NCBI GenBank assembly: GCA_963749495.1
Contig: CAVVMW010000001.1
Location: 64,001 to 128,000, forward strand
Reading direction: 5' to 3'
Length of the DNA: 64,000 bases
Source of the DNA: an uncultured bacterium
Lineage (GTDB): Bacteria > Verrucomicrobiota > Verrucomicrobiia > Limisphaerales > UBA8199
A program made the position numbers and the translations under genes. A model generated the notes under the pieces. That model was not told the origin of the DNA, made no database searches, and saw nothing but the letters and a program-made list of their open reading frames with translations. Below, piece after piece: positions 41,400 to 52,397 of this stretch. Every line of letters begins with the position of its first letter. Within the stretch, counting starts at the first letter, position 1.

Positions 41400-44300
41400 G
41401 GGCGGCGCAGGCCCCCCCCGCGCCAGGCCAACATCAGGGGGTGCAGGCCTCGCGGGGGGCCAGCGCCTGGGAGATCACCAAGCCGGTACTGGGCGAAGAG
41501 GCTCAAGGCCCCGCGGGCGGCCTCACGGTCCTTTTCCTTTTCTACCTCAGGCAATTGCGCCCATCCCAGGAGCGTCGGATTGATCTTCTTCTCATTGTCT
41601 CGTTTCTCTCCCCACTTCCACCCCTTGAGAAAGCGCTCGACCAGATAGCGGGCGTGCTCGAGCTCCGCGAGTTTCTCTATCTCCGCCGGCTTCAAGCCGG
41701 CAATCCGAGACTCAGATGTGCCCCGTTCGTGGACGGCATAGCCGATCTGCCGCAGGTGGTCAGCCCAGTGCCTGGCCTGCTGAAAATTCGAGTCCTTCAG
41801 GTCCGGATCAAGGTCCTCCCAGTCCTTCAGGGACGCATTCTCACGCCTTGCTTGTGCCGCGCACAGCTTCCGATAGTCATCGTGGATTTGCTTGGCCATG
41901 GCTTCGGGAACGTCGAAACCGGCGGGCGCTTTGATGCTCCCGGCGCGCACATAGGCCCGGATGACCGGCACCTCCGCCGGCAGGACTATCAACCGTTCGG
42001 CCACGCCCCAGTTGTCATTTTGCAGCAGCTTGGCCGCCTCGCGGCCGCTCTTTTCCAGCACGGCTACTGAAGCGTCAAAGGCCAGCGCCAGCCGGTACTC
42101 CAGGGCGGCGATGGTTCCTCCATTGATGCCGAGGATTTTGACATCGTGGGGATGCGCGCCGGATGCAATGATGTCCGACCAGTATTGAAGGGGCGCCAAT
42201 GCGGTGAAATCGTCGCCCGGAGTCTCAATGAGGCGGAGGTCTCGCTCGTCCTTTTTGACCCCGTCCTCCACTTTGCCGGCCCTGAGGCTGGGCAAATAAC
42301 CGATGGTCATTAAAGAGCTCTTGAAGCGCTCTTGAATCGTGCTGGCGATGTCCCCGATGCCTGCCCTGGTGCCCCCGCAACAAATGATGCCGGAGAAACC
42401 CTCGAAGGCCTCAACCAGGGTCTCTGCGTAGGATTGCGTCAGCGGCTCGACGCTGGGGTCGCAGGCTCCAGCCAGCACTACCAGGGGATCCTTGCCCAGA
42501 CCGAACGGGAGGGGTTTGCCCCCGGAATCGGGGGTCCTCCGATTCATGTCTTGCAGTTCCGTCAAGGCAGCCGTCGCCTTGCCTTGAGCCGCCGCGATCT
42601 CCTTTTCGGCTTCTTCCAAGGCGCCCTCCGCCAGGGCCACCACCGCCTTTGCCTCTCCCACGGCCTCCTGCGCCGCGGCCTTTCTCAGCCGGGCATCCTG
42701 AAGGATTTGGCTGACATTGAGGACCTCATCGATGAGCTCAGACGGTTCTTCCGCCGGACTGCCCTCATCCTGGCCGGGCCCCGGTTGTTTGGCCCCGGCA
42801 GAGCCCCGCACCGCAGCCTGCAGTTCGGCGGTGCGCCTCTTCAATTCCGCTTCCCGCTGTTCAAGCTCAGAGAGGCGCGCCGCGAGTTCGCGCTTTCTTT
42901 GTGCCGCCTTTCCCGGGGCCTGGCGCGCCAGTTGCTGCAGTTTGGCCACGCGAGCCAGCTCCAGGAAACGAACCACCCACAGGCAGGACCTCGTCCAGGC
43001 AGGCGGCCTGGCGGCGTTGATCGCCTTTTGGAGCCGCCGCAGCGCGTGAAGCTCCGCTTCGATCAGAGATTCGGTGGGACTGAGGAAGACGGCCCTCGCG
43101 TATGCTCCCAGACTGTCGTACGCCCAATCCAAGAGCAAGGCGAAGAAGCCCATATCGTACAGGGATTCCAGCGCGCGCACGTGGGCCTCCGAGCGCCTGT
43201 GTGCCATTTCCCATGCCGCCCTCAAGGCGGGCGCCGCCAGCGCGCAAAGGTCTTCGCAGCTTCCGGAACATATCAGACATTCCGCGTACCGCCTGAAGGC
43301 GTGCGGATCCTTGATCGGGGCGCGTGCGGCGGCGTTCTTGCCCGGAGCGATTTCACCAAAGGCCCTGGCAAAAAGCGAGAGGGCCTTCTGGCAATCGGAT
43401 TGAGGCTTGCCCGCCTGGTCCCGTTCGCAGCATTCCGAGCCTTCGCAATAGGTCTCCGCCAGCAGACAAAGGCTGACCGGATCTTCGGGGGCGATTTCCA
43501 CGGCCTGCCCCAGGGGCAGGCGCCCGCTATGGTCTTTCTTGCATTTTGCCAGCCCGAGCAGCCGCAGTACACGGCAGTCATGGGTGCCGCCGAAGGGGCC
43601 CAATACCACGATGATTTCGTCCCACCGCTCGATGGCCTTGGCGAATTCGGCAATGGTCAATGCCACACTCAGGTTCTTGGCCTCGCTCCTGGCAACGACT
43701 TTCCACTTGGCCATTTCGACCTCGATCTCTTCAGGAGTCAGGTACCTTCCATAGTCCAACTGGTATTCCTGCAACTCGACGATGGACCGGCTGAACTGTT
43801 CGTCGCCCTCTTCCAACAAGGCCGCCACCCGGGTCAACTGGCGTTCCAGCTCCCGCGGCGGCCGAAAGTTCGGCTTATATAACCGCTCGTGGCTGATAGC
43901 GGACCATGCGTGCTGCAGCAGGGTGCGCACCTGAATCTCCGCCTTGCGGTTGCCGATCGCGCACACAATCTCGATCGGGGCCCTGTAGCGATCGCTTGTG
44001 CGGCGGTCCTCAAGGCACTCGTCCAGTGTCTGCCGGAGCATTTCAGCGCCTCCCAGGTCCATCAGCGGAGGCGGCTGTGCCAGGGCTCCAAACAGGCCGC
44101 CCGGGCATTTTGAGGCCCCTTCCCGCAGGATTGCGCCCAGGAGCTTATTGCCGCTGGGATCCCCCACTCGCTTGAGAAATGGGCCGAGATCCCTGTGGGA
44201 GTCACCGTTCACCCGATCCAGTATTTCTTTGAACACGCCGTGCCCCGGCAGGCCAACCCAGGGCATCTGCACCACGTAATGAATCGCTCGATAGCCGAAC

Positions 44301-44671
44301 TGGTCCGGCTTGAGCCGCTTGCGGATGTCTTCGCTGTTCTCTTCGTCGATGATAAAATTGCGTTTCACAAACAGCGCAACCCTGTCCGCATCATCCTGGG
44401 TCAGCAGGACGCTGCGCGCCCCACAGAGATCCGTGAACTGGTGAATCGGGTCGGGATACTTATCGAACTTGCGAATGGCCTTTTCCGCAAAGCTGGCCAG
44501 GTCTTTGGCCCGGGCAAAGGCGTGTCCCTCACTGGCGTAGCGTTGACAGACCTGCGAGAGCATCAGTTCCAACACCCGGGCATAGATCTGATAGATCGGC
44601 CGTTCCGCGCTGTAATCATCGACCTGTTGCTGGTGCCAGGCCCTTGTCCATTTCTTCGTGATCATAATCAT
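41384..44671 (-). CDS. RelA/SpoT-type synthetase + TPR + coiled coil + SLOG-like + tandem RyR domains
   Basis: RAKDLASFAEK, DLCGAR, GYRAIH, EIQVRT; SLOG-like GGTRAGI..INGG.IAALEY..A.....VAVLEKSG.EA; RyR-like AKQIH..Y..WEDL..SN and LAELEHARY..ER..GWKWG..RD..K..P.L..W..LPE.EKEKD. A frameshift near 41490 is possible. Confidence 0.88.
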   Translation of the reverse strand: MIMITKKWTRAWHQQQVDDYSAERPIYQIYARVLELMLSQVCQRYASEGHAFARAKDLASFAEKAIRKFDKYPDPIHQFTDLCGARSVLLTQDDADRVALFVKRNFIIDEENSEDIRKRLKPDQFGYRAIHYVVQMPWVGLPGHGVFKEILDRVNGDSHRDLGPFLKRVGDPSGNKLLGAILREGASKCPGGLFGALAQPPPLMDLGGAEMLRQTLDECLEDRRTSDRYRAPIEIVCAIGNRKAEIQVRTLLQHAWSAISHERLYKPNFRPPRELERQLTRVAALLEEGDEQFSRSIVELQEYQLDYGRYLTPEEIEVEMAKWKVVARSEAKNLSVALTIAEFAKAIERWDEIIVVLGPFGGTHDCRVLRLLGLAKCKKDHSGRLPLGQAVEIAPEDPVSLCLLAETYCEGSECCERDQAGKPQSDCQKALSLFARAFGEIAPGKNAAARAPIKDPHAFRRYAECLICSGSCEDLCALAAPALRAAWEMAHRRSEAHVRALESLYDMGFFALLLDWAYDSLGAYARAVFLSPTESLIEAELHALRRLQKAINAARPPAWTRSCLWVVRFLELARVAKLQQLARQAPGKAAQRKRELAARLSELEQREAELKRRTAELQAAVRGSAGAKQPGPGQDEGSPAEEPSELIDEVLNVSQILQDARLRKAAAQEAVGEAKAVVALAEGALEEAEKEIAAAQGKATAALTELQDMNRRTPDSGGKPLPFGLGKDPLVVLAGACDPSVEPLTQSYAETLVEAFEGFSGIICCGGTRAGIGDIASTIQERFKSSLMTIGYLPSLRAGKVEDGVKKDERDLRLIETPGDDFTALAPLQYWSDIIASGAHPHDVKILGINGGTIAALEYRLALAFDASVAVLEKSGREAAKLLQNDNWGVAERLIVLPAEVPVIRAYVRAGSIKAPAGFDVPEAMAKQIHDDYRKLCAAQARRENASLKDWEDLDPDLKDSNFQQARHWADHLRQIGYAVHERGTSESRIAGLKPAEIEKLAELEHARYLVERFLKGWKWGEKRDNEKKINPTLLGWAQLPEVEKEKDREAARGALSLFAQYRLGDLPGAGPPRGLHPLMLAWRGGGLRRPERGL

Positions 44672-44683
44672 ATCCTGGTTGGC

Positions 44684-46488
44684 TCAACCGCCTCCTCGGC
44701 AGGCCTTTAGCCCAACGCTCTCCAGCAAGCTCGGAATCAACCGTGCGAACTGGCGGTCGTACTCTTGAATCCCGGGGTCGAGTTGCTCCCATGGAACCAT
44801 GTTCGGGTTAGTGCGGCGAACTGTGTCCTTCTTGCCGGGGGCGCAGCGCCAGTTGCCCACCAGCCGCTCGGCGATCCAACGCTGATGTTCCCAGCGCGCG
44901 AGCATTTCGACCTGCGCGGCCGGGATCTCCGTCATTGCCGGGCGGGATTCCCCAGGGGAGCGGCCTCCCAGCCGATGGCCCGCAGTTTGAAATAGATGTG
45001 CAGGGCTTGCTGGCGGCTGGACTCGCGAAAATCCTCCGGCTGCCGGAGCCAGCGCTCCATCTGCTGCCGCGCCCGCTCGGCTTCGATCAGGCCCGGCGGT
45101 TCCGCCAATGATGCGCCCGTGAGCCGTTCGTACTCAGCATGAATGCGTCGCGCGAAGGCGTCGCTGGTCACCCCTCCTTCGGTCAACAACTCACACCACT
45201 GCGCCTCCAGCCCGACGGCCCGGACCTGGGCCACTCCTGCCCCGGTCTCCGGGGTCTGCTTCAACAGGTTGGCCAGACCACTCTCCCCGGCCAGCCGCAC
45301 GGCCAGCCGGGCGGAGCAACCGAGCAGCATCGGCGCCAGTTGCAGGCTCAGCTCCAGAGCCAGCGGCTCGTTGTCGAAACACACCACAACGCTGGTGGCG
45401 GTTTGCGGCTCCCCACACCAGGCCTCGATGAGCTCGCGCGTCTTAGGCGAAGCCCCCTCTTGCCGGTGGAACTGAAAGTCCGCTGCCTGCCCGATCTGCG
45501 GATGGCGGAAGAGCAACGCCTCACGATGCTCGTCAGCCCGGCGGTCAATCACCGAGATGCGCAACCGCTTGCCGTTGGCGAAGCAGCCCAACTGCGCCGC
45601 CCGGACTGCCAGCGTTCGCCCGAAGCGCCCAAAGCCCAGAATCACCAGATGCGCCGTGCGTGGATCCTCCGGCCGGATCCCGTCGTGGTCCAGAGGCAGG
45701 CCCTGGACGAGCAACCGGCGCACCTCCGGGTCAAACTGGTCGCAAAAGCGCAAGTCCATGCGCCCTGCATCGAGATGGCCGCCCACCGACTGCTGCAACA
45801 CCTCCCGCAAGTCCGCGTCGCTCAGGTGGATGTGACATTCCAAGGGAGCCAGGCCTCCCATCCGCCGTGAACACAGGTGGCTGGCCCGGGCCGCGATTTC
45901 ACAGTTCACAGCGTCCTCCGGGCACACGGCAAAGAGTTGCGCTGCGCGCTCCACCCCCGCCTCCGCCAGTGTCTCAGTGCGGGTGGCGTCCCCGGTCAGC
46001 ACGAGTGCGCCCAGCCTGGCGCTGGCAGCGGCGAGGTCGGGCAACGGGTTCTTCTCGATCACCACGACCGGATGACGAGCCCGGCGCAGATGACGCACCA
46101 GCGCCATGCCCTGGCGCCCCAGGCCACAGACAATAGCGTGGCGCCTGGCCTTGCGGAGCGCCCGCCACTGGGCTTCCTCCCGCAGCAAACGCAGGCCCAA
46201 GCCAAAGAGGCCCAGCAATGTGGTCATCGGGGCCAGCCAACGCGCCACCTCCAGCGACAGCGGCACCTCATGCTCGAAATGCGGAGCGTGGAAGAAGAAC
46301 AGTTGGGCGGTGTGGTAAAGGGCGTTGCCCCAGATCGCTTCGCCGTGCGGCGGTTTCAGGTAATCGTGGTAGCCCACCGTGCCGGCAAGGACCGACACGG
46401 CAAAGGCCAGCAACAAACCCCACCGCCAATGCCGGTGCTGAACCAGGTCCAACACGCCAACGCCAACCGAATATTCCGACCCGTGCAT
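44684..46488 (-). CDS. Channel-like 2TM + TrkA-N/RCK domains + tandem RyR domains; frameshift near 44945
   Basis: TM-pore helix-TM (NALYHTAQLF); HAIVCGLGRQG, LTGDAT..ETL.EAGV; second HLVILGFGRFG; ARRIHAEY and LARWEHQRW..ER...W......D..RRTNP.MVPWEQL. Confidence 0.85.
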
Positions 46489-46621
46489 ACGCGTCCGTCG
46501 CAGGATTCTCACCGCCGGCGCGGGCCGAGCCCCGCACTTCGTCCGGTGGAGGCCCCAATCCTGGCACTGGGCCGGGCCCGTGTCGAGGCGGAAATTCAGG
46601 CAGAACCCGCGCCGCCTGCGC

Positions 46622-46818
46622 CATTGACAAAGTCGCTCGGCGGGCCTGTGCGCCAGGGGCGCCAGCGTAGCGCAGGTTTCCAAACCTGCTGTATCGCGGG
46701 TTTCCAAACCCGCAGGCCGGCCACAAACCGGGGGCGCTCGACATGCCGACGCCCTGCCGATTGGAAATCGGCGATACAGCAGGTTTGGAAACCTGCGCTA
46801 CAACTTTGTCAACGGCCC
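46622..46818. repeat. MITE/REP-like element with TTGACAAAG/CTTTGTCAA ends
   Basis: Contains GTAGCGCAGGTTTCCAAACCTGC palindromes; a shorter inverted copy is at 62339-62430. Confidence 0.8.
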
Positions 46819-46879
46819 AAGCGGCGCCGCCTGCGGCTTTGGGCTTGCATGTCGGGGCGCTTGGATCTTATATCGGATT

Positions 46880-49800
46880 GTGCCTAAGGGAAAAATCTTC
46901 ATCTCTTATAGGCGGGACACCGGGGCGGCAGCCGCGCGGTTGGTGCGCGAGGCCTTGTGCCGGCGCCATTTTCCGGTGTTCATGGATGTCGAAGACCTCC
47001 GGGCCGGCCAGTATCGGGACATCCTCAGCTCGCAAGTCAGGGACTGCTCGGATTTCATCCTGGTGCTCACGCCGGGGAGCCTGGAGCGGTGTTTGCAGGA
47101 AGGGGATTGGGTGGCTCGCGAAGTGGCTGAGGCCCTGAAGCTCAAGAAGAATATCGTCCCCGTCAGCTTCGAGCACGTCAACTGGCCGGTGGACCTGCCC
47201 CCGGAGATGGCCGAACTGCGGGACTTCCAGGTCTGCAAACTCTCCAACGAGTACTTCGCTCCCAGTGTCGCACGCCTTATTGAATACCTGAAGACCAAGC
47301 CCCGCTCGGTCGCTAAACCGGCCCTGGCCGCTCTGAGCGCCATCGCGCTGCTAGGGATGGCAGTCGGACTGGCTCTCTGGACGAGGTGGCCATTGCGGCA
47401 CCCGCGAGGGACACGTCCACCGCCGCCTGCCAGCCTGGCTGTGCCCTTCAGCCAGTTGTTCGTTCTGCACGGGCCTAAGGGAACGAATGACGTAGTGGAG
47501 TTGGCCGACGCGGAGCTCGAACTGCAAACGAGTCAGGGGCGCAACGCCTTGCCGATTGGGCCGGGGGGCCGCGTGAACTTCGAATTCGCGCGGGCGGACG
47601 TGAGCAACCAACCTGCTACGCTAGCGCTCAAGGCCAAGGGTTGGGATTTGAAATGGGTGCGCGAACCGCTCACGCTGAGCGGCGACAGGCCGCTGTGGCT
47701 GGAGGTGGAGCACAAACGGTTCGCTCTGCACGGCACGGTCAAAGACAAGGACAACAACCAACCGTTGCCCGGGTTGCGAGTAGCCCTGGAGGGCCTCGGC
47801 ACCAACACTGATTCGGGGGGGGCGTTTCACTTGGACGTTCCGGGCTCCATGTGGCGGCCCACCCTCGAGTTGGGGATGACCAACCCCGGCTGGATTGACC
47901 AGACCTTCCCAGTCCAGGACATCGAGAAACCGCTCCCGATTCTCTGCGAACACTCGCCGTTCACGCTGGTGGTCCATCTGCGCGGCCCCGGCGGCGCCAA
48001 GGGGATCAGCACGCTCGCAAACCAATCCTTGAAGCTCCAGGCCGAGGGTGTTGTGCGATCCGTCGCGGCCACGATTGACACACAAGGAGAGGCGCGGTTC
48101 GGTCCGCTGGCCGCCATGCTCCGAGGCAAGCCGGCGACCTTCACGCTCGAGGCCCCAGGATGGCGGGTGAAGCCGGGACCAAGCCTGGCTCTGGGTGAGG
48201 TGACCGTGCCGCTCGATGTCGAACGAACAGGGATTGTCGTCTCAGGCCGTGTTCTCGAAGCTGAGCACGATTCGCCTCTCAAAGGCGCCTGGGTTTCGGT
48301 TGCGGGCCTTGCCACCAACACGGATGCCGGCGGGGCCTTCGCCATGCTCATCCCCAATGCGCGCCTCGGCCCCGAGGCCCAGGTCACAGTGAGCTGCGCC
48401 GATTACCAGACGGTCATTCAACCGCTCAAGCCATCCGCCGAGGCGCTAAACCTTCGGTTGCGCAAGCCGGAGTCCCTTACACTGGTGGTGTCGCTCAGTG
48501 GACCCGAAGGCCAGGGGCCGGTTGCCGCGCTGGCCAATGCGATGCTCAAGTTGCAGGCCGGCCCCTCGGCTTCCGAGGCCTGGACAGCCACGGTGAGTGA
48601 GCAGGGGCAGGCGCGGTTCCAGGGCCTGCCGCGGGCACTTTTAGCGCAGGAGGCGGTGCTGAGCCTGGCCGCCCAGTGCTGGCAGTTGAAGGGCGGGCAG
48701 GCACGCATCCGGCTTTTGGAGACCCCGGTGACGGTCGAGGTCGAACGAACAGGGGCAGTCTTCACGGGACTGGTCAAGAGCGAGGGAGACAATGCGCCGT
48801 TGCCCGAAGTCCAGGTCATCATTGGGGGCGTTGCCACTAACACGGATCAACACGGGAGCTTCGCGCTGCTCCTCTCGAAGGCGTGCCTCCAAGCGCCGAT
48901 ACTTCTCAAGGCCGGCAAGGCAGGGTGGGAGGACCTGAGCCGGGAAGTGACTTTGGATGCCGGGCCGCTCGTCCTCCCTCTGAAGCGCCGACCGGCGACT
49001 CCACCGCCCGCGCCCTCCCCGGAAGAGCGGAATCTGCAGGCCGAGGTTGACAAAGCCCCGCAGAGCTTCCATGCACACTATAAATACGGGAAGTTCCTGT
49101 ACGATTCCGGGCGCCTGCCACAGGCAGAAGAACAGCTCACCAACGCCGTGGCATTGGCCCGAGAAGGGCAGAACGCGCAGCCCGGAGAGCTTGCCGACTC
49201 CCTCAACACGCTGGGCCTGGTGTACGGCCAGCGCAATCAACCCACCCCGGCCTGCCAGGCCTTTGATGGGGCCATTGAGCAGGTACCCGGAACCTGGCGA
49301 AAAGGGAATCGGCCGAGGCCCTCCACCGCTCGAACCTGGGCTTTGTCTTGAGCAGCCGCGCCCAAGAGCGCGGGAGGTTGCGCCGAATCCCGGAGGCTTT
49401 CGAGGATTACAACGAGGCCTTGCGCATCTTCGAGGGCTTGCCGCAATCCGACACCAACCGCTTTCCGGGGATCGCCAGCACTTGCGCGGCACGGGGCAGG
49501 TTGGAGATCGACCTCTACGGCGAAAGCAGGGCGCAGACCTGCCTGAACAGCGCGCTGAATTACCTCGCCAAGGCCAAAGTGGCCTATGAAAAGGCCGGGG
49601 CCGCCAGGCGCGGCTCCCCGCAAAACGTGGACTACGGAGTGACGCTCAACAATTACGCCTACTGCCTGGCGGCGCGGCAGGAAGGCAAAGTGGCGCGTGC
49701 CTATTATGAGCAGGCCATCGAGTGTTTTCGGGCCGCCGACGAGGCCAACTGCCCGGGCGCCAGGGAGGGCCTGGCCACGGCGCTTCAGGGCCTCGTCGAA

Positions 49801-50421
49801 ACATATTACGGCAAAGCCAACGATTGGGAGTCGAGCCGGACCAAATTCAAGGCAGCACTCGAGCTCTACAAGGAGTTGGCGCAGACCAAGGACGGGACGA
49901 TTCGAACCGACTATGCCCGCGCGCTCCGCAAGTACGCCGTTTCCCTCAACAACCTGGTGGTGGCCCGCCATGACAAACAGGGCAGGGATAACAATCAGGA
50001 CAGCAAAGATGCCCAGGACAGCAAAGATGCCCGGAACGCCATTGAGCAGGCCCTGGATATCTTCAAGGCCGACGCCTCTCCGGAGCGCGACGCCGAGCTT
50101 GCCGATACTTACTTCAACCGCGGTGTCTTATTGGGAAACGCCGAGGACTTTGTCCGCGCTTACGCAAGCTATACCAACGCGGTCCCCATGGCGGAGGGCC
50201 TCAATCGAAAGGACCCGAAAACTCATGGCCCAAGATTAGTCGAAATCCATCTGGGCCTGGCCGGCGTTTGCCTGGATCTCTACCGCGCGGGCCAGGGCAA
50301 CCGGCTCCAGGAAGCCCATGAGGAGTTGGAGGCCGCTCAGCGCCTCAGAAACGAATTGCCCAACTCCTCCTCCTTGGCTAAGCTGGACGACCAAATACAG
50401 CAGCTCAAGAAACGGTTCTGA
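46880..50421 (+). CDS. TIR domain + TM + repeated carboxypeptidase-regulatory-like beta domains + TPR; frameshift near 49285
   Basis: IFISYRR.., VFMDV, FILVLTP, DWVAREV (catalytic Glu position), NIVPV; TM; three G.V.......PL..V.V......TNTD..G.F repeats; TPRs continue in ORF 49348..50421. Confidence 0.88.
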
Positions 50422-50446
50422 CCCCGTTCCGTTCCTTCTGATTGGG

Positions 50447-50670
50447 GTTTTCGATCCTTCGTTCTCTTCGTTTCCTTCTGTTCCTTTCTTCCGTCCCGCC
50501 GGCTGGGCAAAGGAAAAGAACAGAAGGAAACGAAGAAAACCAAGAGGCGGCCTGATGCGCCAGCAGGGGTCTGGGCCAGTCCGTCGCTGGCGTTCCTGGA
50601 GACTTTTTCTGTGCAGATTCTTGTCTTACAGCCGGGTGCTGAGCTATTGGAGCAGCATCCGGAAGAACTG
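50447..50670. repeat. ~220 bp direct repeat, copy 1 (gene end QFFRMLLQ* plus REP-like downstream region)
   Basis: Aligns with 55433-55662. Confidence 0.85.
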
Positions 50671-51276
50671 CATGGCTGGCCCCGTGGCAGGCTGAAGGAC
50701 TTGGATTTGCAGGGTCTGGATGCCGGAGGCGAAGTAGTAGGAATGGACCGGGGCCGGAGTGCCGGGTTCGCCCTGGACCTGGAAGCTCAGCGGGGTCCAT
50801 TGCTGGAGGTCAGGCGAGCCGAGCACCGTGTAGGAACGGCCGGTCATGGTCGTGAACTGCAGGAGGGCCGACCCGCCGTTGGGATCGAGCAACCGGAGGT
50901 GAAACGAATCGGCCGGGTCGAATGGGTAATTTCCCAGCAGAAACTCCTGGAGCAGCGTGCGGCCATCGCCGGTATAATCCACGTTGGGTCTGAGGTCGGC
51001 CAGTCCGAGGCTGGAGCCGATGGCGGCCAGGAACGCGCGTTCCCAGGCGTCGGGCAGGCCGTCGCCGTTGGTGTCGTCACCCAGGGTCAGGTCGAGCCGG
51101 GTTTGGCGGCCCGGCTGGCCCAGGAGGGAGAAATCGCCGGCCATTTGGATGGGAGTGTTGGTGGTCTGGCCAACGATGACGTAGAGCTTGAAAGGTGCGG
51201 CAAAAACCAGCGCGTTGGCCTCGTAAGGGTCGGCGGTGAGGCCCGCATCCATCGGCACTTCCAGGGAGTAGTTCAC
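50644..51276 (-). pseudogene. 3' part of a secreted protein gene (DTNGDGLPDAWE motif), 5' end lost
   Basis: Begins mid-domain (NYSLEVPMD) right after a comM fragment. Confidence 0.7.
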
Positions 51277-51302
51277 GCCGGGGCCGGAGTGCCGGGTTCG
51301 CC

Positions 51303-51728
51303 CTGAACCTCCCCTTCCAGAAAGCCCACCGCCTCCCGCAGGTTCCGGACCGGAATGACCTGCAGCCCGGAGACCACCGCCGCCTCGGCCGCGTTTTCGG
51401 CCGGAACCAGCAGCCCGCCCGTGCCCTCCTGGCGCGCCCGCAGGGCAATCGGCAGCACCCCTTTGACCGGGCGAACCCCGCCATCCAGGGCCAATTCCCC
51501 CACCATCATGAATTTGCCCAACTGGCCGGACTCCATCTGCTCGCTGGCGGCAACCATGCCGACGGCAATCGGCAGGTCGAAACTCGGCCCCTCCTTCTTC
51601 ACGTCGGCCGGGGCCAGGTTGATCGTGGTGCGGCCGAAGGTGAATGAAAACCCGGAATTGATGAGCGCGGTCATCACGCGGTCCCGCGACTCCTTCACCG
51701 CCGCGTCCGGCAAGCCAACGATGACAAT
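51303..51728 (-). pseudogene. comM: comM internal fragment (codons ~31-172)
   Basis: [18 protein letters not shown]...FLEGEVQ. Confidence 0.95.
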
Positions 51729-52071
51729 ATTATCTTGTATTCTCCGTATGCGCGAGAATCCGACGCAAGTGGCTCGGTTGCAATGCCTTATTGTTGGCGG
51801 TGCTGTCGTACTGGCTTTGTCTGGCGCAAGAAAGCCCCCGGTTTGTTCGGGTGGAAGGGCTCCCCAGCGGCCAGTTCTTCAATTCACTGGGACGTCCGCT
51901 CCCTGCCGAGGTTGGGCAAAATAACGCCAACTCGTCGGATCTCACCTCGAAACCGCCTTGGGCGGCGCTTTATCCGAACGAATTCCACTGCGGGGCGTCC
52001 ACGCTCCTGAGCCAGCCCACGCCTCCCCAGAAGGAGTTGACCGCACCCGGTCATTTAACCATAATCCCTCC

Positions 52072-52344
52072 ATGCACATACGAAGACAACGCGCACCAAG
52101 ACAAGCCCCATTCCACGTTCCAGGACCTAACGGGGCAGAACTCACCGTGGAGTGGATCCCTGGGACGATCCCTAACACCCGCCTCGTCACGTTGACCTTC
52201 AAAAACGTTGGCCCTGTCCTCTTGACACAGTTATTCCAAAGACCGACAGGCAGGCGGAGATCGACGACACTCGATATGCAATACGAAGAAGATGCGCCCC
52301 GTGCGGAAAACCCACTGGCACCGGCGAGAAACCAGATCAAGTGA
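52072..52344 (+). CDS. Hypothetical protein
   Basis: ORF only; no family recognised. Confidence 0.3.
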   Translation: MHIRRQRAPRQAPFHVPGPNGAELTVEWIPGTIPNTRLVTLTFKNVGPVLLTQLFQRPTGRRRSTTLDMQYEEDAPRAENPLAPARNQIK

Positions 52345-52397
52345 CCGAACCGTAATCATAAGCACAATCCCTGCTCTATAACACCTCTGCCCAAACT

